A stretch of DNA of 64,000 nucleotides from Candidatus Latescibacterota bacterium (GTDB lineage Bacteria > Latescibacterota > UBA2968 > UBA8231): contig OZ242318.1 in the NCBI GenBank assembly GCA_965208105.1, positions 32,001 through 96,000 on the forward strand, given 5' to 3'. The position numbers and the translations under genes are program-made. The number at the start of each line of letters is the position of its first letter. Positions within the stretch are counted from its first letter, which is position 1. The notes under the pieces were generated by a model. It saw only the letters and a program-made list of their open reading frames with translations. It was not told the DNA's origin and ran no database searches. Shown here in pieces: positions 60,692 through 64,000 of the stretch.

Positions 60692-61144
60692 GTGGCTGAG
60701 ATTCGCGTAGGTATCATTATGGGCAGCAAGTCTGACCAGGAAGTCATGCGCAAGGGCACCGAAGTCCTGGATGAACTGGGGATTGGATACGAGTTTGTGG
60801 TTTGCTCTGCGCATCGCAACCCCGAACGCACTGCCGCCTATGCCCGAGAGGCCGCCGACCGCGGTCTAAAGGTTATCATCGCCGGTGCCGGACTCGCAGC
60901 AGCCCTTCCCGGGGTCCTGGCAGCGCATACCATCTTGCCGATCATCGGGGTCCCGGTGGCCTCCGGGGCCCTGAATGGGCTCGATTCCCTCTATGCCATT
61001 GTGCAAATGCCGCCTGGAATTCCAGTGGCTACCGTGGGGATCGACAATGCCCGAAACGCCGCCATGCTGGCTGCCCAGATCCTGGCTTTGACGGATTTGG
61101 AAGTAGGGCGGGCCATTCGTGCCTATCGGGAGCAATGGGGCTGA
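60692..61144 (+). CDS. purE: N5-CAIR mutase
   Basis: [32 protein letters not shown]. Confidence 0.95.
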   Translation: MAEIRVGIIMGSKSDQEVMRKGTEVLDELGIGYEFVVCSAHRNPERTAAYAREAADRGLKVIIAGAGLAAALPGVLAAHTILPIIGVPVASGALNGLDSLYAIVQMPPGIPVATVGIDNARNAAMLAAQILALTDLEVGRAIRAYREQWG

Positions 61145-61225
61145 GATGGGATTAAGGGGATCGGGTCCTGCCAGGCACTGGATCCCGGTCATTCCCGCGC
61201 GATCCCAATTTTGTGCCGGAGGACA

Positions 61226-62164
61226 CTAGGCAGTCAGCCAGCAGCGATTATCCCTGCCCTGCAGATTTACCCGGACCGGCTGCCCCTGGCGAAGGGACTG
61301 GCGGATGGCGCGCAGCATGCGGTTGTTCAAGTTGAGGGTCGACCAGTCCGCAAGCGGACTACCCCCCCCGCCGAGCTGGCCTAGAAAGTCAGCAAGCCAG
61401 GCAGGTTCGGGGTACTGGTCGGTGTGTGGTTGAAGTTGAATGCCGTTCTCAAGGACGATGGGTGAGGAATTCGACACGCCGTCGCTGAAGAGAAGGCCTC
61501 CGCTTCCAAGCAGGGTGAAATCGTGGTTGATGGGAAGATGGACAGGAGCAATTACCAGCTGGGCGCTGGACTGATTGGCAGCGGATACGGTCAGGACGGC
61601 ATGGTGCCGGCTCCCTTGGCGGGAGGCGGAGACCAGGAGTTCCCGCAGGGGGGCGTCCAGGAGCGTCCTGGCCTGATCCAGGGCTTCACAGGCCGACCAC
61701 CAGGCCGAGAGGAGTCCCTGGCCACCGCCGCGAACCTGGCGCAGGTATACGGGATCCCCGAACCCGGGATTCCGGACCCGGGCGAGGAGTGCCTGATGCA
61801 GCCGGGAGAACCGATATCGATTTCCCCAGGACAAGCGCACCTGATTCTCTCCGGCGCTTTCGCGGAGTTGGTCGAACTGGCGGCGGGAGAGGGGGATGGG
61901 TCCTGCACTGAGGACCTGTACCTTGCGTCTTACAAAGGCGGGCAGCCGCCGGTTCAGAGCTGGAAAGGGGTGCAGGAAGCAACACGTTCCCGAAGCGGTG
62001 CGATCCAGCAGCTCCTCCATATCCCTGAGGACTGGTACAGGGTCGAGGTTCAGGCGGGCGCGGCCAAGGTTGAGAACGGCGTCGATCTCGGTGTAGCGGC
62101 AGATTGAACGCACAACCTCTTCCTGTGCGGCTGCGGCGACCAGGGTGACAGGTTTCCGGTCCAT
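61226..62164 (-). CDS. Hypothetical protein, degenerate Gfo/Idh/MocA-like
   Basis: Start overlaps the upstream stop (TGATG); weak family remnants (YRFS, FGDPVYL, C-terminal SLRQGQPVRV); no Rossmann motif. Confidence 0.5.
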   Translation of the reverse strand: MDRKPVTLVAAAAQEEVVRSICRYTEIDAVLNLGRARLNLDPVPVLRDMEELLDRTASGTCCFLHPFPALNRRLPAFVRRKVQVLSAGPIPLSRRQFDQLRESAGENQVRLSWGNRYRFSRLHQALLARVRNPGFGDPVYLRQVRGGGQGLLSAWWSACEALDQARTLLDAPLRELLVSASRQGSRHHAVLTVSAANQSSAQLVIAPVHLPINHDFTLLGSGGLLFSDGVSNSSPIVLENGIQLQPHTDQYPEPAWLADFLGQLGGGGSPLADWSTLNLNNRMLRAIRQSLRQGQPVRVNLQGRDNRCWLTA

Positions 62165-63303
62165 CAGTCGGCCTGTCTCCTCAACGGCAGGCGCACCGTC
62201 TCCCCGCACACCACCGACGTGTACCCGGCAATTATAATTTCCATGTGGTCGCGCGCTTCCCTGACCGTATAGGCGGGCTGCCGGTGTTCATCGAGGGCTG
62301 CGACCAAATCCTCCAACCCCATCCATAAGCCGGTCGAATCAGGGGCCAGAGAAGCTGCCTGCGCCGGGGCGGTATGGTGCCACTGCATGGGATCTTCGGG
62401 AGGCAGGCTGTAGTCGGCGCCCGCAATGTCCTCTCGAATATAGGTATTGAGAACCGGCCCTTTGCCATCTACGGCGGCGCTGGCCTTCGCACCGATCAGG
62501 TAGGCTCTTGCAGGACCGCCGTGGGGGTGGGCCGCCATTCCGACGCGCCCTCCGCACACCGTGGCAACCCGCCCGCATTCGTCGGTAAGGTTCAGTGTCC
62601 CGAAGTCATCGGCTCCAAGTGAGGCGTGTTCGTTGAAAAAGTATGCACCCGCCCGGCCATATACGTGGGCGATCCTGCCCAGGCAGTCCTGGACAAGCCC
62701 GATCCCATAGGCTCCCACGCAGAGCAATTCGCGCTTTATTTCCGCGAACTTCCAGCGTCCCGGTGGCAGGAACTCCCTCTCACCTTCGGATATGGGTTGG
62801 GGCCATCCCTTGCCGAACATCACATCCGCGTGTACGCCGAGCAAGGCTCCCAGGCGGCCGCTGGCAATCAGGGTGCGGGCCTGGGCAGCGAGTTCTCCGT
62901 AGACGTAGCTGGGGATAATCGAGTACACCCCGGCCTCCTCGACGGCTGCGACCACCGCGTCGCACTCGTCCAGATTTGCGCCGATGAATTTGTCGATCCA
63001 AAGGTGTTTGCCGGCGGCGGCGGCGCGCAGCGCCAAATGGGCTCGCCGCTCGATCTCGTGGCCGATACTGACGATATGGACGTCTTTCAACTCGAGCGCA
63101 CGGTCGATTCCTTCGATGTAGGGGATGTCCAGCTTGTCCGCCCAGCTCTGGTTGAGAGCTTTCAATTCAGGTTCGATATCGGGTTCGTCGGCAATGGCCA
63201 CAAGGCGAACGCGGGGATGGCTCTGGTACAGTGGAACAAAGCTCGCCTGGTGGCTGTACTTGCTGAAGCTCAGCAGAAGAACTCCATAAGTTTGGTCGGA
63301 CAT
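62164..63303 (-). CDS. Gfo/Idh/MocA family oxidoreductase
   Basis: AAAAGKHLWIDKF (EKP equivalent), GRLGALL, C-terminal SVVCGETVRLPL. Confidence 0.75.
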   Translation of the reverse strand: MSDQTYGVLLLSFSKYSHQASFVPLYQSHPRVRLVAIADEPDIEPELKALNQSWADKLDIPYIEGIDRALELKDVHIVSIGHEIERRAHLALRAAAAGKHLWIDKFIGANLDECDAVVAAVEEAGVYSIIPSYVYGELAAQARTLIASGRLGALLGVHADVMFGKGWPQPISEGEREFLPPGRWKFAEIKRELLCVGAYGIGLVQDCLGRIAHVYGRAGAYFFNEHASLGADDFGTLNLTDECGRVATVCGGRVGMAAHPHGGPARAYLIGAKASAAVDGKGPVLNTYIREDIAGADYSLPPEDPMQWHHTAPAQAASLAPDSTGLWMGLEDLVAALDEHRQPAYTVREARDHMEIIIAGYTSVVCGETVRLPLRRQAD

Positions 63304-63578
63304 GGTCGAAAAAGCTCCGGGGAGGAACAGCTGCGTCAGGTTTGTGAACTGTAGAAAAAATGGGGTTGAAGAAGATGGCCGAACAGCCTTCGGCGCGCCG
63401 GAAAACTTACTACTTAAAGGGAAAAGAGGGGGGTGTCAAGGATAAATTGACTCCCAGATGACCTGCGAGGCACTATCTGGAGCAGAACCGGACCGGGCGC
63501 ATCGGCTTTGCAGAGGGAGCTTTGGGCGGAAGGGAATCTTGCTCGAAGATGGAGACTTCCCTAGTATTGGGCCAGGCT

Positions 63579-64000
63579 ATGAGATTCTTGTTGCTAGGTT
63601 TGTGGTTTGGATGGCTTGCGGCCAACGGCGCGTCCGCCGCCGAGTCTGGAATAGTTGCCCCGGGCGAGGTTCTCGTGCGGTTGAGCCCCGCAGCAGCCAG
63701 GCCCACAGGAGCCCACCTCAGGGAACTGGATGAGCTCCACAGCCGTTACGGCCTCCTGGAGGAGGCCGACCTTTTCCTTGCCCCCAGCTCCGGCCGCCGC
63801 TTCAAGCCTGCTGGTCGGCTGCCTCTTGGCCGGTGGCGAAGGCTGAGCCTGAACAGCGAATCAGACCCCCGCCTCATTGCGGCAGACTATGCAGACCTGC
63901 AGGTGGTGGAGTTTGCCCAGCCCAACTATCTTCGCCGCTTGGCTTCTTCGCCTGGAGATTCTCTCTACCACCAGCAGTGGAACCTGGCAGCTATTGGCTG
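63579..64000 (+). CDS. Secreted S8 (subtilisin-like) peptidase, N-terminal part, truncated by the window end
   Basis: MRFLLLGLWFG signal peptide, PGEVLVRL prodomain, VEFAQPNY, PGDSLYHQQWNL; catalytic residues lie outside the window. Confidence 0.7.
   Translation, partial: MRFLLLGLWFGWLAANGASAAESGIVAPGEVLVRLSPAAARPTGAHLRELDELHSRYGLLEEADLFLAPSSGRRFKPAGRLPLGRWRRLSLNSESDPRLIAADYADLQVVEFAQPNYLRRLASSPGDSLYHQQWNLAAIG

Overview
Core-chromosome segment of a GC-rich bacterium, probably an FCB-superphylum lineage such as Latescibacterota (inferred from gene order and the short EF-Ts; not verified). Most of it is housekeeping: glmS, glnA, hrcA-grpE-dnaJ-mrp-prmA-rsmE-aroQ, queA-ispDF, rplM-rpsI-rpsB-tsf-frr, tRNA-Ala, ssb, cysK-iscA-iscS-moeZ, trmB, a dcw cluster and purE. 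Main points of interest: (1) a three-gene, re-partitioned glutamate-synthase-like operon in which a GltD-type subunit is fused to a second, degenerate FMN barrel; (2) two inverted copies of a 162-bp nested-palindromic MITE-like element, one abutting the glnA stop codon and a fragment of a probable second element; (3) a dcw cluster lacking mraY, murD, murG, murB and ddl; (4) an orphan N6-methyltransferase fused to a single HsdS-like TRD; (5) a Cys-rich MerR regulator with a 30-bp palindrome ahead of iscA-iscS-moeZ; (6) an RNase HII-YraN fusion. No CRISPR array, integrase, transposase or rRNA was seen. All calls come from reading the sequence and the ORF track; no searches were run.
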